NCBI GenBank assembly: GCA_037442185.1
Contig: JBBIQU010000001.1
Span: 4,062 to 68,061 of the forward strand
Origin: Chthonomonadales bacterium
GTDB lineage: Bacteria; Armatimonadota; Chthonomonadetes; Chthonomonadales; CAJBBX01
Length of the DNA: 64,000 nt
Reading direction: 5' to 3'
The notes below the pieces were generated by a model. That model was not told where the DNA came from, made no database searches, and saw nothing but the letters and a program-made list of their open reading frames with translations. The position numbers and the translations under genes were made by a program. Shown here piece by piece: positions 50,915 through 61,497 of the stretch (position 1 is the first letter of the stretch; each line of letters begins with the position of its first letter).

Positions 50915-53731
50915 ATGACCGATGACGCTGCCGGCGTGGTGGCGGAAGCGCCTGCCGCTAGCGATGTGAGTGCGCGTTCCGTTGATACGGGCTCAACGAA
51001 GGCACAGGATCACGCCTTGCCCAACGGCCTGACAGTGCAGCGCCACTATACGCGCCCCGATGAAGACGTCTGGGAGACCGTCGAGTGGTCAACGCGGTCA
51101 GCCGTCATTACCGGCGAGCGCGGCGACGTTGTCTTCGAACAACATGACATTCAGGCGCCCGCCTCATGGTCCCAGCTCGCCGTGAATGTCGTCGCGTCCA
51201 AGTACTTTCGAGGTCATCCCGGCAAGCCCGACCGCGAGTCGTCCGTTCGACAGCTTATCCGCCGAGTGGCGTACACCATCGCCGACTGGGGAGATCGGGG
51301 CGGGTACTTCGCCACGGACGAAGACTGCGCCGCATTCCGGGATGAGCTGACCCATCTCCTGCTGCACCAGCGTGCCGCTTTCAACTCGCCCGTCTGGTTC
51401 AACGTCGGACTGCCGGATCAGCCGCGCCCCCAGTGCTCCGCGTGCTTCATCAACTCGGTTGAAGACACCATGGAGAGCATCCTGACGCTCGCCAAGACCG
51501 AAGGCATGCTTTTCAAGTTCGGCTCAGGAACCGGCACCAACCTGTCCACCCTCAGGTCCTCCCAAGAACGCCTCCAGGGCGGCGGGACAGCCTCGGGACC
51601 CGTGTCATTCATGCGCGGCTACGACGCATTCGCAGGGGTCATCAAGTCCGGCGGCAAGACGCGGCGGGCGGCCAAGATGGTCATTCTCAATGCAGATCAT
51701 CCCGACATACGCCAGTTCATCACCTGCAAAGCGGACGAGGAGAAGAAGGCCTGGGCCCTGATTGACGCCGGCTATAACGGCAACTTCAACGTGCCCGGCG
51801 GCGCATATGACAGCGTGAGCTACCAGAATGCCAACCACTCTGTGCGGGTAACCGATGAGTTCATGCGGGCGGTCATCGAGGATGGCGAGTGGTCCACGCG
51901 CTATGTGCTCAGCGGCGATCGGGCCGAGACCCTGCGTGCCCGTGAGCTCATGGATTCCATCGCCGATAGCGCATGGGTCTGCGGAGACCCGGGCCTCCAG
52001 TACGACACGACCATCAATCGCTGGCACACGTGCAAGAACACCGACCGCATCCACGCCAGCAATCCTTGCTCCGAGTACATGTTCCTCAACGACAGCGCGT
52101 GCAATCTCGCCTCGCTGAACTTAATGAAGTTCCGTCTGCCCGACGGCACCTTCGATGTCGATTCGTTCCGTCACGCGTGCCGCATCATCATCACGGCCCA
52201 GGAGATCATCGTGGGCAATGCCGGCTATCCCACACCAGCCATTGAGCGCAACAGCCACGCGTTCCGTCCGCTCGGACTGGGGTATGCCAACCTTGGCGCC
52301 CTGCTCATGGCTGCCGGCCTCGCCTATGACAGTGACGAAGGACGCGCGTTGGCTGCGAGCATTACGGCTCTGATGACGGGCGAAGCCTACAGGCAATCCG
52401 CAATCATAGCCCGCGATCACGGCGGTCCGTTTGCACGGTATGACGAGAACCGCGCCCCGTTCATGGAAGTGATCCGGATGCACAGGGATGCGGTTGAGGC
52501 CATTGAGGACGGACTCTGCTCGCAAAGCGGCGCTCTGCACATCAAAGAGGCCGCCCGAAAGTCATGGGACGGAGCGCTGGATATCGGCGGAATGCATGGG
52601 TTCCGCAACGCTCAGGCGACCGTTCTCGCCCCAACCGGAACCATCGGCTTCATGATGGACTGCGACACGACGGGCGTTGAGCCGGACATCGCCATAGTCA
52701 AGTACAAGTCGCTCGTCGGCGGCGGCATGATGAAGATCGTCAACAGCACCGTTCCGGAGGCGCTGGCCAAGCTCGGTTATTCGCCGGACCAGGTCAGGGA
52801 GATCATCGCGCACATTGAGGCGACCGACACCATCGAGGGCGCGCCGCATCTCTCGGAAGCCGACCTGCCCGTCCTCGACTGTGCCTTCCGACCGGCCGGC
52901 GGGACCCGAACCATCGGATGGATGGGCCATGTCCGCATGATGGCGGCTGTCCAGCCGTTCATCAGCGGAGCAATATCGAAGACCGTCAACATGCCCAACG
53001 ATGCCACCCCTGATGACATTCGCCAGGTCTACATCGAGGGTTGGAAGCTCGGGCTCAAGGCGATCGCCATCTATCGCGACGGCTCCAAACGAACACAGCC
53101 GCTCTCGACACGCAGGAGCACCGGAGAACCGCAGGGGTCTTCCCGTGACGACAGCCGGGAGTACCAACCGGTCCGGCACAAGCTGCCCGACGAGCGCCGC
53201 TCCATCACGCATAAGTTCAGCATCGCCGGCCACGAAGGATACATCACCGTCGGCATGTACGACAACGGGCAACCGGGCGAGATCTTCCTCACGATGAGCA
53301 AAGAGGGGTCCACCATTTCCGGACTGATGGATACCATCGCGACCATGACGTCACTAGCGCTTCAGTACGGAGTGCCGCTCAGCACACTCGTGAACAAGTT
53401 CGCCCACATGAGGTTCGAGCCGTCCGGGATCACGCCGAATCCCGACATACGCTTCGCCAAGTCCATTCCCGACTACATCTTCAGATGGCTCGGGACCAAG
53501 TTCCTGCCGGCGGATGATCAGCCGCCGGGGGAGGAAAGGTCGCTGAACGGACTCGGCAACGGCCATTTTCCGGCGGCGGCCAATGAGAACGATGCATACC
53601 ACAGCCGCGAGCGCGAGGTGTTCCAGCTTCAGGCGGACGCCCCGGCATGCTCGGTGTGCGGCGCGCTGATGGTGCGCAACGGAGCTTGCTACAAGTGCCT
53701 CAACTGCGGTTCGACGTACGGGTGTTCCTGA
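50915..53731 (+). CDS. nrdJ: Class II (adenosylcobalamin-dependent) ribonucleotide reductase
   Basis: Part of ORF 50747..53731. The ATG at 50915 follows an AGGAAGGA SD. It has VASKYFRG, FNSPVWFNVG, the active site NPCSEYMFLNDSACNLASLNL, TVLAPTGTI and ISKTVNMP. The C-terminal Cys cluster is CSVCGALMVRNGACYKCLNCG. Confidence 0.9.
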   Translation: MTDDAAGVVAEAPAASDVSARSVDTGSTKAQDHALPNGLTVQRHYTRPDEDVWETVEWSTRSAVITGERGDVVFEQHDIQAPASWSQLAVNVVASKYFRGHPGKPDRESSVRQLIRRVAYTIADWGDRGGYFATDEDCAAFRDELTHLLLHQRAAFNSPVWFNVGLPDQPRPQCSACFINSVEDTMESILTLAKTEGMLFKFGSGTGTNLSTLRSSQERLQGGGTASGPVSFMRGYDAFAGVIKSGGKTRRAAKMVILNADHPDIRQFITCKADEEKKAWALIDAGYNGNFNVPGGAYDSVSYQNANHSVRVTDEFMRAVIEDGEWSTRYVLSGDRAETLRARELMDSIADSAWVCGDPGLQYDTTINRWHTCKNTDRIHASNPCSEYMFLNDSACNLASLNLMKFRLPDGTFDVDSFRHACRIIITAQEIIVGNAGYPTPAIERNSHAFRPLGLGYANLGALLMAAGLAYDSDEGRALAASITALMTGEAYRQSAIIARDHGGPFARYDENRAPFMEVIRMHRDAVEAIEDGLCSQSGALHIKEAARKSWDGALDIGGMHGFRNAQATVLAPTGTIGFMMDCDTTGVEPDIAIVKYKSLVGGGMMKIVNSTVPEALAKLGYSPDQVREIIAHIEATDTIEGAPHLSEADLPVLDCAFRPAGGTRTIGWMGHVRMMAAVQPFISGAISKTVNMPNDATPDDIRQVYIEGWKLGLKAIAIYRDGSKRTQPLSTRRSTGEPQGSSRDDSREYQPVRHKLPDERRSITHKFSIAGHEGYITVGMYDNGQPGEIFLTMSKEGSTISGLMDTIATMTSLALQYGVPLSTLVNKFAHMRFEPSGITPNPDIRFAKSIPDYIFRWLGTKFLPADDQPPGEERSLNGLGNGHFPAAANENDAYHSREREVFQLQADAPACSVCGALMVRNGACYKCLNCGSTYGCS

Positions 53732-53784
53732 TGGAACGCTCGGAATAGGCGGTCCACTTCCTTACCGGTGAGGAGTGCGCGTAT

Positions 53785-54174
53785 ATGCTCAAGATCGTAG
53801 ACGTACACCTGTCTGGGTCCGTAAACGGAGAGTATCTGGTTCTTCAGAATCAGGGCCTCACAACGATCTCGTTGCACGGCTGGATTGTAACGACGGACTC
53901 GTACACCGAGGGCAATCCCCTCACGAGCGACGATGAGATGTACGTCTTCTGCGGAGAGATACTGATCAAGCCCTATGCGCGCGTTGTGCTCTTCACCGGA
54001 CAGGGAACCGACGGATGGTGTCCGACAACCGACGGCAAGTGGGCCTATGTGGCCTACTGGGGGCGTCCGAGGCCCATATGGTCGAACGCCGGGCGCGTGA
54101 CGCTCCTCCAACCGGTCTGCACACGGAAGTTGGGCGTTGCCGTTGATCCGACGCCGGTGGGCGTCAATCAGTAG
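53785..54174 (+). CDS. Small hypothetical protein, lamin-tail-domain (LTD)-like
   Basis: 129 aa. GEYLVLQNQGLTTISLHGWIV loosely matches the LTD pattern (E[FY]vEl.N.....v.L.GW.l). The call is weak. Confidence 0.4.
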   Translation: MLKIVDVHLSGSVNGEYLVLQNQGLTTISLHGWIVTTDSYTEGNPLTSDDEMYVFCGEILIKPYARVVLFTGQGTDGWCPTTDGKWAYVAYWGRPRPIWSNAGRVTLLQPVCTRKLGVAVDPTPVGVNQ

Positions 54175-54324
54175 GCAAAGCTATCGTACAGACCTATAGC
54201 GCCATCGAGACCTGACCGTCATAGATCGTCGGTCTATGACGCGAGTTCGCGCGGGATGGGCTCGACCCACGCAGGTGGGTTGCGTGTGTCGCCACACGGA
54301 CGCCCCAGCGCCCGTGTGGTGTGC

Positions 54325-54768
54325 CTATCGCCGCAGCGCAAGGTTGAGTACGGCGGCTGCGCCGGCTTCCGCCACGACCCGGTCTTCTTCGGCAGAACCG
54401 CCGCTGCACCCGACCGCGCCAACGCACTGCTCATCAATGAAGATGGGCACTCCGCCTCCGAAAACGGTGAACCGCCCCTGATTGCTTGCGTGTATCCCGA
54501 AGGCCGAGCCGCCCGGTCCGCCGATTTGCGAGTATTCATGGGTAGGCTTCCGGGTACCGGCGGCGGTGAACGCCTTGTTCATCGCGATGTCCACGCTGGT
54601 GAGCTTCGCACCATCCATTCTGTTGAGGGCGATCAGCCATCCGCTGGAGTCGGCCACGGCAACTACCATTCGCAGGCCCATCTTCTCGGCGCAGTCAACG
54701 GCAGCGTCAAGCGCGGCCTTGGCGCCTTCAAGAGTGAGCTCTATGCGGTCTCTGCGCACCACGTCCAT
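54325..54768 (-). CDS. GlcG/HbpS-like haem-degrading/haem-binding family protein (DUF336)
   Basis: VAVADSSGWLIALNRMDGA...SVDIAMNKAFTAA...GGGVPIFIDEQCVGAVGCSGGSAEEDRVVAEAG is a typical DUF336 signature. Confidence 0.8.
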   Translation of the reverse strand: MDVVRRDRIELTLEGAKAALDAAVDCAEKMGLRMVVAVADSSGWLIALNRMDGAKLTSVDIAMNKAFTAAGTRKPTHEYSQIGGPGGSAFGIHASNQGRFTVFGGGVPIFIDEQCVGAVGCSGGSAEEDRVVAEAGAAAVLNLALRR

Positions 54769-54780
54769 GCGTTCAGCTCC

Positions 54781-55401
54781 CTATGTGAGGAATGGATTCG
54801 TCCTGCGCTCCTCGCCGACGGTGGTTGCGCGGCCATGGCCCGGCAGAAGGCGCACTCTGTCGTCGAGTGTCAGTATTCGGGTCCGAATGGAGTTGATCAG
54901 CGTGTCGTAGTCGCCGCCGGGCAGATCGGCTCGTCCAATGCTGCCCGCAAACACCAGATCGCCTACGATAGCCCAGTCGTCTCCAGCGAAGCACACGCTG
55001 CCGGGCGAGTGCCCCGGAACGTGAAGGACGCGGACGATCCCGCTGCCCACCGCCAGCTCAATGCCGTCGGCAAGGTCAAGCGTAGGAGACGCCATTCGGG
55101 GCGGCGGCACTCCGAACCATTGCGCCTGCTCGCGCACTGCATCCATCAACTTGCGGTCCGCCGGATGCAGGCCGAGGCCCGCTTCGAACGTGTCAATGAA
55201 CAGGGCATTCTCCGCAATGTGATCGAGATGTGCGTGCGTGTTCAGAACGAGCCGCACCTTCCAGCCGGCCTGTTTCACCTTCTCGGCGACTGCGTCCGTT
55301 CCGAACCCGGGGTCCACGACCATAGCGTCGCGAGTATCCTCATCCCCGATAAGATAGGTGTTGTTCTCCATCGGACCCACCGTAAAGACGCTTACCGTCA
55401 T
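54781..55401 (-). CDS. MBL-fold metallo-hydrolase (glyoxalase II-like)
   Basis: ORF 54781..55416. The ATG at 55401 follows a GGGAGG SD. It has NTYLIGDE...VVDPG...VLNTHAHLDHI...HVPGHSPGS. Confidence 0.85.
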   Translation of the reverse strand: MTVSVFTVGPMENNTYLIGDEDTRDAMVVDPGFGTDAVAEKVKQAGWKVRLVLNTHAHLDHIAENALFIDTFEAGLGLHPADRKLMDAVREQAQWFGVPPPRMASPTLDLADGIELAVGSGIVRVLHVPGHSPGSVCFAGDDWAIVGDLVFAGSIGRADLPGGDYDTLINSIRTRILTLDDRVRLLPGHGRATTVGEERRTNPFLT

Positions 55402-55564
55402 CCTGACCTCCCACACGCCTTACCCTGCATCTCCGGCGCGTGCCAAGTATACCAAGCCGCCGCTCTTCGAACGTTGCCGTCCTGCCTCGCCGGGACGGCT
55501 CTCGGACACGTTCCTTCGGTGTCGGGTCCGACGCGATGCACCCTCGAAGACGGCGCTCGCCGGT

Positions 55565-55594
55565 TTGACGGGCCTTCTCGGGTCCGACTATAAT
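55565..55594 (+). promoter_or_regulatory. Putative sigma70-type promoter for leuS (TTGACG - 18 nt - TATAAT)
   Basis: -35 TTGACG at 55565-55570 and a consensus -10 TATAAT at 55589-55594, about 33 nt upstream of the ATG at 55627. A GAGGGA SD precedes the start. Confidence 0.45.
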
Positions 55595-55626
55595 GATCGT
55601 CATCGAGCGTCCACGAGGGAACACGC

Positions 55627-58290
55627 ATGACCGACCGCTACGACTTCCGCACCATCGAACCCAAATGGCAGGCAATCTGGGAGGCGCAACGCACCTTCCG
55701 CGCCGATGACGCTGCCGAGCGTCCGCGGGCCTACGTGCTCGAGATGTTCCCCTATCCGTCGGGAGCCGGCCTCTCGGTCGGGCACTGCAAGAACTACGCG
55801 CCAGCCGATGCCTACTGCCGCTACAAGAGCATGAAGGGCTTCGAGGTTCTGCACCCAATGGGCTGGGACGCGTTCGGTCAGCCCGCCGAGAATGAGGCCA
55901 TCAAGCGCCGCCGTCATCCGCGCGAGATGGTGCCCGAGTATGCCGCGAGCTATCGGCGAACGCTCAAGCTCATCGGAGCCAGTTACGACTGGGAACGGGA
56001 GATCAACTCCAGCGAGCCGGAGTACTATCGGTGGACCCAGTGGTTCTTCTTGCTCCTGTACCGACGGGGCCTCGCTTACCGGGCCACCGCTCCCATCAAC
56101 TGGTGCCCGGCATGCAAGACGGGCCTTGCCAACGAAGAAGTGAAAGAGGGGCGGTGCTGGCGGTGCGATGCGCCGGTGACCAAGCGCCCCATGCCCCAAT
56201 GGTATTTCCGCATCACCGCCTATGCCGAAAGGCTGCTGGCCGGCATTGACGGTCTCGACTGGCCCACCGGCATCAAGCTTCAGCAACGCGAGTGGATCGG
56301 ACGGAGCGAAGGCGCCGACGTGGACTTCCCCATCATCGGCGACCCTAGAACGATACGCGTGTTCACTACCCGTCCGGACACGCTGTGGGGCGCAACGTTC
56401 ATGGCGCTTGCCCCCGAACACCCGCTCGTCGAGGAGATCACGACTTCCGAGTGCCGACCGAGCGTTGAGGAATACGTCCGTCGGACCATGAGCGCCACGG
56501 ACATCGAGCGGATGAGCGTTGATCGTCCAAAGACCGGCGTGTTTACCGGCGCATATGCGCGAAACCCCGTGAACGGCAGGGCGATCCCGATCTGGATCGC
56601 TGACTACGTGCTGATGGGCTACGGCTCCGGAGCCATCATGGCCGTTCCGGCGCATGATCAGAGGGACTTCGAGTTTGCCCGAAAGCACGACATTCCAATC
56701 GAGCTCGTCTACACAATCCCGGGCGGCCCGCAGGACGGCGATTCCATGGTCGAAGCCCTGCCCGACGGCGGCTTCATGCGTGACTTCGAGGCGAACCCTG
56801 AGGCTCTAACCCCAAGGTCGCCCTTTGCGGGCCGGGCCAACGACGTCGAGACAGTTCGGGCGGTCATAGCATGGCTTGAGGACCACGGGGTCGGGGAAGG
56901 CCGCGTCAACTACCGCCTGCGCGACTGGCTAATCAGTCGTCAGCGCTACTGGGGAGCCCCGATCCCCATCGTGCATTGTCCCGATTGTGGAGAAGTGCCG
57001 GTCCCCGAAGATCAACTGCCCGTGCTGCTTCCCGACGTGGATCAGTACCAGCCGTCCGGAACGGGCGAGTCCCCTCTGGCAACCATCCCCGACTTCGTCA
57101 ACACGCAGTGTCCCGCGTGCGGCAAGCCCGCACGTCGCGAGACGGACACCATGGGCGGATTTGCGTGTTCTTCGTGGTACTTTCTGCGATTCGCCGACCC
57201 ACACAATCCGGACGCATTCGCCGATCGGGCCAAGGTGGATGCCTGGCTGCCCGTGACGATGTACACCGGAGGCGCAGAACATGCCGTCATGCACCTCCTG
57301 TATGCGCGCTTCTGGACGATGGTCATGCACGATGCAGGTCTCATAGGTTTCGACGAACCCTTCCCGACCCTCCGCAGTCAGGGCGCAATGCTGGCGTACA
57401 CGCCCGGTCGCGCTCCGCGATCCGGAGAGTCGGCCGGCGAAGACGAAGACGGTGACCGGATCGTTGACTGGATACCCCTCAAGCCCGAGGAGATCGCAAC
57501 CTTCCCGCCTGAGAAGATCGTCTGGCGGTGGGTTCGCATGTCCAAATCGAAAGGAAACGTCGTCAGCCCCGATGCCGTGATTGCCAGGTACGGCGCCGAC
57601 AGCCTGCGCCTTTTCGAGATGTTCGTCGCGCCGTTCGAGGACAACGTTAGGTGGAACGAGGAGGGTGTCGCCGGGTCTTTGCGGTTCCTTCAGAGGCTAT
57701 GGCGCTGGATCGCGCCCAGGATATCGGCGCCTGCCGGCGGTGCCGCTGCGTCCCAACCGCTAACTCCCTCGGATCGGGCCATTCGCCGCAAGCTCCACCA
57801 GACCATACGCAAAGTCGGCGAGGATATCGAGAGCTTCAGGTTCAACACAGCCATCGCGGCAATCATGGAGCTTGTCAACGACCTCTACCAGTGGATACCT
57901 CCAACTGCCGCCGAGAATGCCGGCCCCGACGGAGCCCACGGGAGCCCCGCGGTTCTCGGGGAGGTAATCGAGGCGCTGCCCCTCCTGATAGCCCCCTTTG
58001 CGCCTCACCTAGCCGACGAGCTATGGGAGAAGCTGGGCCACTCGGGCTCAACATACAGGGCATCCTGGCCGACCTGGGATCCCGAAGTCGCCGCCGAGGA
58101 CATGATCACGATCGTGGTGCAGGTGAACGGGAAGCTGCGCGAGCGCCTGACCGTGCCCGCAGGCGCCCCCGAGGATGAGGTGAAGCAGCTCGCGCTCGAG
58201 GCGTCGAAAGTCGTCGAGGCCGTTGCCGGCAAGACCATTCGCAACGTGGTGTCTGTCCCCGAGCGGTTGGTCAACATAGTGGTTGGGTGA
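55627..58290 (+). CDS. leuS: Leucine--tRNA ligase
   Basis: 887 aa. It has [15 protein letters not shown] (HIGH region), a CP1 editing domain and VRMSKSKGN (KMSKS). Confidence 0.97.
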   Translation: MTDRYDFRTIEPKWQAIWEAQRTFRADDAAERPRAYVLEMFPYPSGAGLSVGHCKNYAPADAYCRYKSMKGFEVLHPMGWDAFGQPAENEAIKRRRHPREMVPEYAASYRRTLKLIGASYDWEREINSSEPEYYRWTQWFFLLLYRRGLAYRATAPINWCPACKTGLANEEVKEGRCWRCDAPVTKRPMPQWYFRITAYAERLLAGIDGLDWPTGIKLQQREWIGRSEGADVDFPIIGDPRTIRVFTTRPDTLWGATFMALAPEHPLVEEITTSECRPSVEEYVRRTMSATDIERMSVDRPKTGVFTGAYARNPVNGRAIPIWIADYVLMGYGSGAIMAVPAHDQRDFEFARKHDIPIELVYTIPGGPQDGDSMVEALPDGGFMRDFEANPEALTPRSPFAGRANDVETVRAVIAWLEDHGVGEGRVNYRLRDWLISRQRYWGAPIPIVHCPDCGEVPVPEDQLPVLLPDVDQYQPSGTGESPLATIPDFVNTQCPACGKPARRETDTMGGFACSSWYFLRFADPHNPDAFADRAKVDAWLPVTMYTGGAEHAVMHLLYARFWTMVMHDAGLIGFDEPFPTLRSQGAMLAYTPGRAPRSGESAGEDEDGDRIVDWIPLKPEEIATFPPEKIVWRWVRMSKSKGNVVSPDAVIARYGADSLRLFEMFVAPFEDNVRWNEEGVAGSLRFLQRLWRWIAPRISAPAGGAAASQPLTPSDRAIRRKLHQTIRKVGEDIESFRFNTAIAAIMELVNDLYQWIPPTAAENAGPDGAHGSPAVLGEVIEALPLLIAPFAPHLADELWEKLGHSGSTYRASWPTWDPEVAAEDMITIVVQVNGKLRERLTVPAGAPEDEVKQLALEASKVVEAVAGKTIRNVVSVPERLVNIVVG

Positions 58291-58303
58291 ACGGGAGCCA
58301 AGC

Positions 58304-59695
58304 ATGATCAGACCTGGCGAGTACATTCGCGACATTCTAACGAAGCCGGTTGGAACCGATCTCATTGCGCGCGGCTGGGTCAAGACGCGCCGTGACAGCA
58401 AAGGTATCAGCTTCGTTCAGATCAGCGATGGGAGCTGCTTCACTGACCTGCAGGTAGTCATCGAAGCCGGGACGATCGCCCCGGACGTGCTCGAGACGAT
58501 CACCACAGGCGCGTGCGTCGAGTTTGCCGGCACCCTGGTGGAGAGCCCGGCCGCCGGTCAGCCCGTCGAGTTGGAGGCATCCGGCGCTGTGGTTCACGGC
58601 GTCGCGAATCCGGTCGCCTATCCCCTTCAGAAGAAGGGGCACACGATGGAGTTCTTGCGGGAAATCGCCCACCTCCGTCCACGATCCAACACATTCGGCG
58701 CCGTCTTCCGGGTTCGCAACGCGTTGGCCTATGCCATTCACCGGTTCTTCCAGGAGCGCGGCTTCACGTACATCCACACACCCATCATCACCACCTCGGA
58801 CTGCGAGGGCGCAGGCGCGTTGTTCGGCGTCACAACGTTGGACCTGATGGCGATCCCCCGCGCCGATGGCGGCGGCGTTGACTACGCCCAGGATTTCTTC
58901 GGCAAACCGGCCTACCTTTCTGTCAGCGGACAGCTCGAGGCGGAGATACTGGCTCTGGCGATGGCGAACGTCTACACGTTCGGGCCGACCTTCCGAGCAG
59001 AGAACTCGAACACACCGAGGCATCTGGCTGAGTTCTGGATGGTTGAGCCGGAAATGGCCTTCTGCGACCTCGACGACAACGTCGCCCTCGCTCAGGAGTT
59101 CCTCCAGTTCATCATCCGCTACGTCCTCGAGGACTGTCAGACCGACCTGGCCTTCTTCAACAAGCGCATCGAACCGACGGTCATCGAGACGCTGGAACAT
59201 GTGGCTGCAGCCGACTTCGAGCGTGTGACCTACACGGAGGCCATCCGTATACTCGGCGCGTCCGGACGTACATGGGAGTTCCCGGTTGAGTGGGGCAGCG
59301 ACCTGCAGGCCGAGCACGAGCGCTACCTGACCGAAGAGGTATTCAAGCGCCCCGTGGTGGTAACCGACTATCCGCGCCGGATCAAAGCCTTCTACATGCG
59401 GGTGAACGACGACGGCAAGACCGTGCGCGCCATGGACGTGCTGGTGCCGCGAATCGGAGAGATTATCGGCGGAAGTCAGCGCGAGGAGCGCGCCGACGTG
59501 CTGCGCGAGCGCCTCGCGGAATGCGGGCTTCCCGAAGCGCCCTACTGGTGGTACCTGCAGCTCAGAGAGTTCGGAACCGTCCAACATGCGGGGTTCGGGC
59601 TCGGCGTCGAGCGAATGATGATGTACCTTACCGGCATGAAGAACATTCGGGACGTTATCGCATTCCCGCGCACGCCAGGTTCGGCGGAGTTCTGA
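58304..59695 (+). CDS. asnS: Asparagine--tRNA ligase
   Basis: ORF 58283..59695. The ATG at 58304 follows a GGGAG SD. It has class II motifs, [24 protein letters not shown] and [12 protein letters not shown]. Confidence 0.92.
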   Translation: MIRPGEYIRDILTKPVGTDLIARGWVKTRRDSKGISFVQISDGSCFTDLQVVIEAGTIAPDVLETITTGACVEFAGTLVESPAAGQPVELEASGAVVHGVANPVAYPLQKKGHTMEFLREIAHLRPRSNTFGAVFRVRNALAYAIHRFFQERGFTYIHTPIITTSDCEGAGALFGVTTLDLMAIPRADGGGVDYAQDFFGKPAYLSVSGQLEAEILALAMANVYTFGPTFRAENSNTPRHLAEFWMVEPEMAFCDLDDNVALAQEFLQFIIRYVLEDCQTDLAFFNKRIEPTVIETLEHVAAADFERVTYTEAIRILGASGRTWEFPVEWGSDLQAEHERYLTEEVFKRPVVVTDYPRRIKAFYMRVNDDGKTVRAMDVLVPRIGEIIGGSQREERADVLRERLAECGLPEAPYWWYLQLREFGTVQHAGFGLGVERMMMYLTGMKNIRDVIAFPRTPGSAEF

Positions 59696-59717
59696 GCGCA
59701 TCAGAAAGGACGGATCG

Positions 59718-60401
59718 TTGAGCAGCGAGACCGCTCCCAGTCCGCCCCCTTCATCCGGCGCCGGCCGGATTGCCCTGGCGATGGTTGCCGTCCTGTGCGC
59801 GCTCTTCGGCGGCGCTTTCATCTACGCCTATCGCCAAACCGCCGTGGCGGGTAACGGGATGGTCATCACCCGGGGCGACGATGCGCAACCCGACGCGGGC
59901 AAGGCCGTTGGAGGCGACAGACCGGCTCCGGGCAGCGCGGTAGTGGTCCATGTGGCCGGCGCGGTGCGAGCGCCCGGGGTCTACACGCTGCCCGCAGGCA
60001 GCCGCAGCGTGGACGCGCTGAGGGCCGCAGGCGGACCGGCCCCCGATGCCGATCAGGACGCGCTGAATCTCGCGGCACTGGTCGCCGACGGTGACCAGAT
60101 CGTGGTGCCCAGGCGTCAGCGACCGGAACCCTCTGCAGCGTCGGACTCGCCGGCCGCTTCAGGCTCATCACGTTCACCCACGAAGAAGCTTGAGGACCCC
60201 GGGGAAGGATCCGTCAACATCAACACGGCTTCGGCGGATGAGCTGCAACGCCTCCCCGGCATCGGACCCGCCATGGCGGCACGGATTCTGACCTACCGCA
60301 AGGAGATCGGCCGCTTCACGTCGGTTGAGCAACTGCTCGATGTCAGCGGCATCGGTGAGAAGAAGCTTGCCCAGATGAAGCCGTTCGTTCGGATACGCTG
60401 A
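59718..60401 (+). CDS. comEA: ComEA-family DNA-binding competence protein (SLBB + tandem helix-hairpin-helix)
   Basis: TTG start after an AAAGGA SD. N-terminal TM, then SLBB-like VVVHVAGAVRAPGVYTLPAGSRSVDALRAAGG. The C-terminus is VNINTASADELQRLPGIGPAMAARILTYRKEIGRFTSVEQLLDVSGIGEKKL. Confidence 0.85.
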   Translation: MSSETAPSPPPSSGAGRIALAMVAVLCALFGGAFIYAYRQTAVAGNGMVITRGDDAQPDAGKAVGGDRPAPGSAVVVHVAGAVRAPGVYTLPAGSRSVDALRAAGGPAPDADQDALNLAALVADGDQIVVPRRQRPEPSAASDSPAASGSSRSPTKKLEDPGEGSVNINTASADELQRLPGIGPAMAARILTYRKEIGRFTSVEQLLDVSGIGEKKLAQMKPFVRIR

Positions 60402-60402
60402 C

Positions 60403-61371
60403 ATGACCGAGTCCGGAGCCAACCCAGTTGAACGGGTCGCCTGTCCGGAGTGCGGCGCCTCATTGTTGGCCGGAGAGCCTTTATGCTGGAAGTGCGGCGC
60501 AGCGACCACCCAACGTACCGACACGGCGACGCCGGAGCTGATTGACTTCTCCGAAGGAACGGGCGCGCAAACCGTTGCGCCTCACCGAACCGCGCCTCCG
60601 AGGCCGACTCGCACACTGGCAGGCGATGAAGTTGACGAGTCTGATTTCTCGGCGCCCGCATATCAGCCGCAGGCCCCTAATCCTCCGCGAGCCATGGAGC
60701 CCGAAGCGCCGGACCGCGCGCCGACCAGAATGGCCACAACGCTGACCGGCGAGGTCGTGGAGATTCCGGACTTCGCCGCGCAAGCGGCACAGGACCGTAG
60801 CGATAAGCAGCCAGAACAGCCAAGCCCGAGCGCACCACCGGAGTCCGAAGCGCCGGCCGCTCCGGTCATGCGGATCACGTTCTGCAAGACATGCGGCATC
60901 CAGAACGAGGAAACCGCAACCGTTTGCCGAAAGTGCAGGCAGCCGCTCGAGGTTATCGCCGAGCCGCTGCCCGACATCAAACCGCTCAGACGCTCGTGGG
61001 GGTTCGATGTGCTGGGCGTTGCGTGGATTGCGCTCGGGATGACTGCGGCATACTGCGGGCAGTTCATCATCAAAGCTGATCCGGCGCACCCGGGCATTTC
61101 GTGGGGCGATTACATATGGACCGGCGTCGTTGTCTGCGCGCCGGGCGTTCTCATTTTCATGCGGCACTGGTTCTCCAGGCTGATGTTCTGGGCAATGACG
61201 TTCGCGAGCGCCATGATCTGGGCGGTGATCGGGTTCATCTGGCTTTACATTGGCCTCCACGTGTCCGACAACGGGCGCGTGGGCCTCATGTGGTTCGCGG
61301 CCCTCAGCGGGCTGTCGTTGATCAGCTTCATCACCGTGCGGTTGAACGACGAGTTCGATGCAGGCGCTTGA
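60403..61371 (+). CDS. Double zinc-ribbon membrane protein (hypothetical)
   Basis: CPECGASLLAGEPLCWKCG and CKTCGIQNEETATVCRKCRQPL are separated by a Pro/Ala-rich low-complexity linker. About four C-terminal TM helices follow. The ATG lies 1 nt after the comEA stop. Confidence 0.6.
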   Translation: MTESGANPVERVACPECGASLLAGEPLCWKCGAATTQRTDTATPELIDFSEGTGAQTVAPHRTAPPRPTRTLAGDEVDESDFSAPAYQPQAPNPPRAMEPEAPDRAPTRMATTLTGEVVEIPDFAAQAAQDRSDKQPEQPSPSAPPESEAPAAPVMRITFCKTCGIQNEETATVCRKCRQPLEVIAEPLPDIKPLRRSWGFDVLGVAWIALGMTAAYCGQFIIKADPAHPGISWGDYIWTGVVVCAPGVLIFMRHWFSRLMFWAMTFASAMIWAVIGFIWLYIGLHVSDNGRVGLMWFAALSGLSLISFITVRLNDEFDAGA

Positions 61372-61497
61372 GGTGCCGGCGGCCGCTCGTGCCGGAGCGT
61401 TGTCCTCTGACCAACCGGACAAACAATGCCCTCTTCAACCCGATGACGGCAGGACACTTGCCCCACTCCGTCGAATCCAATCGCAAGGGAGACAGCG

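Noticed and set aside
55417-55626. T-box or other leader upstream of leuS.
   Set aside because: I found no specifier-loop/T-box conserved sequence. The promoter-to-ATG distance (about 33 nt) is too short for such a leader.
58337-59821. 494-aa minus-strand ORF antisense to asnS. Also 55600..56688 antisense to leuS, 54256..55593 antisense to the GlcG and MBL genes, 20984..22414 antisense to the GAF gene, and 15935..16915 antisense to the 1518-aa gene.
   Set aside because: Same reasoning: GC-driven open frames opposite well-supported genes.
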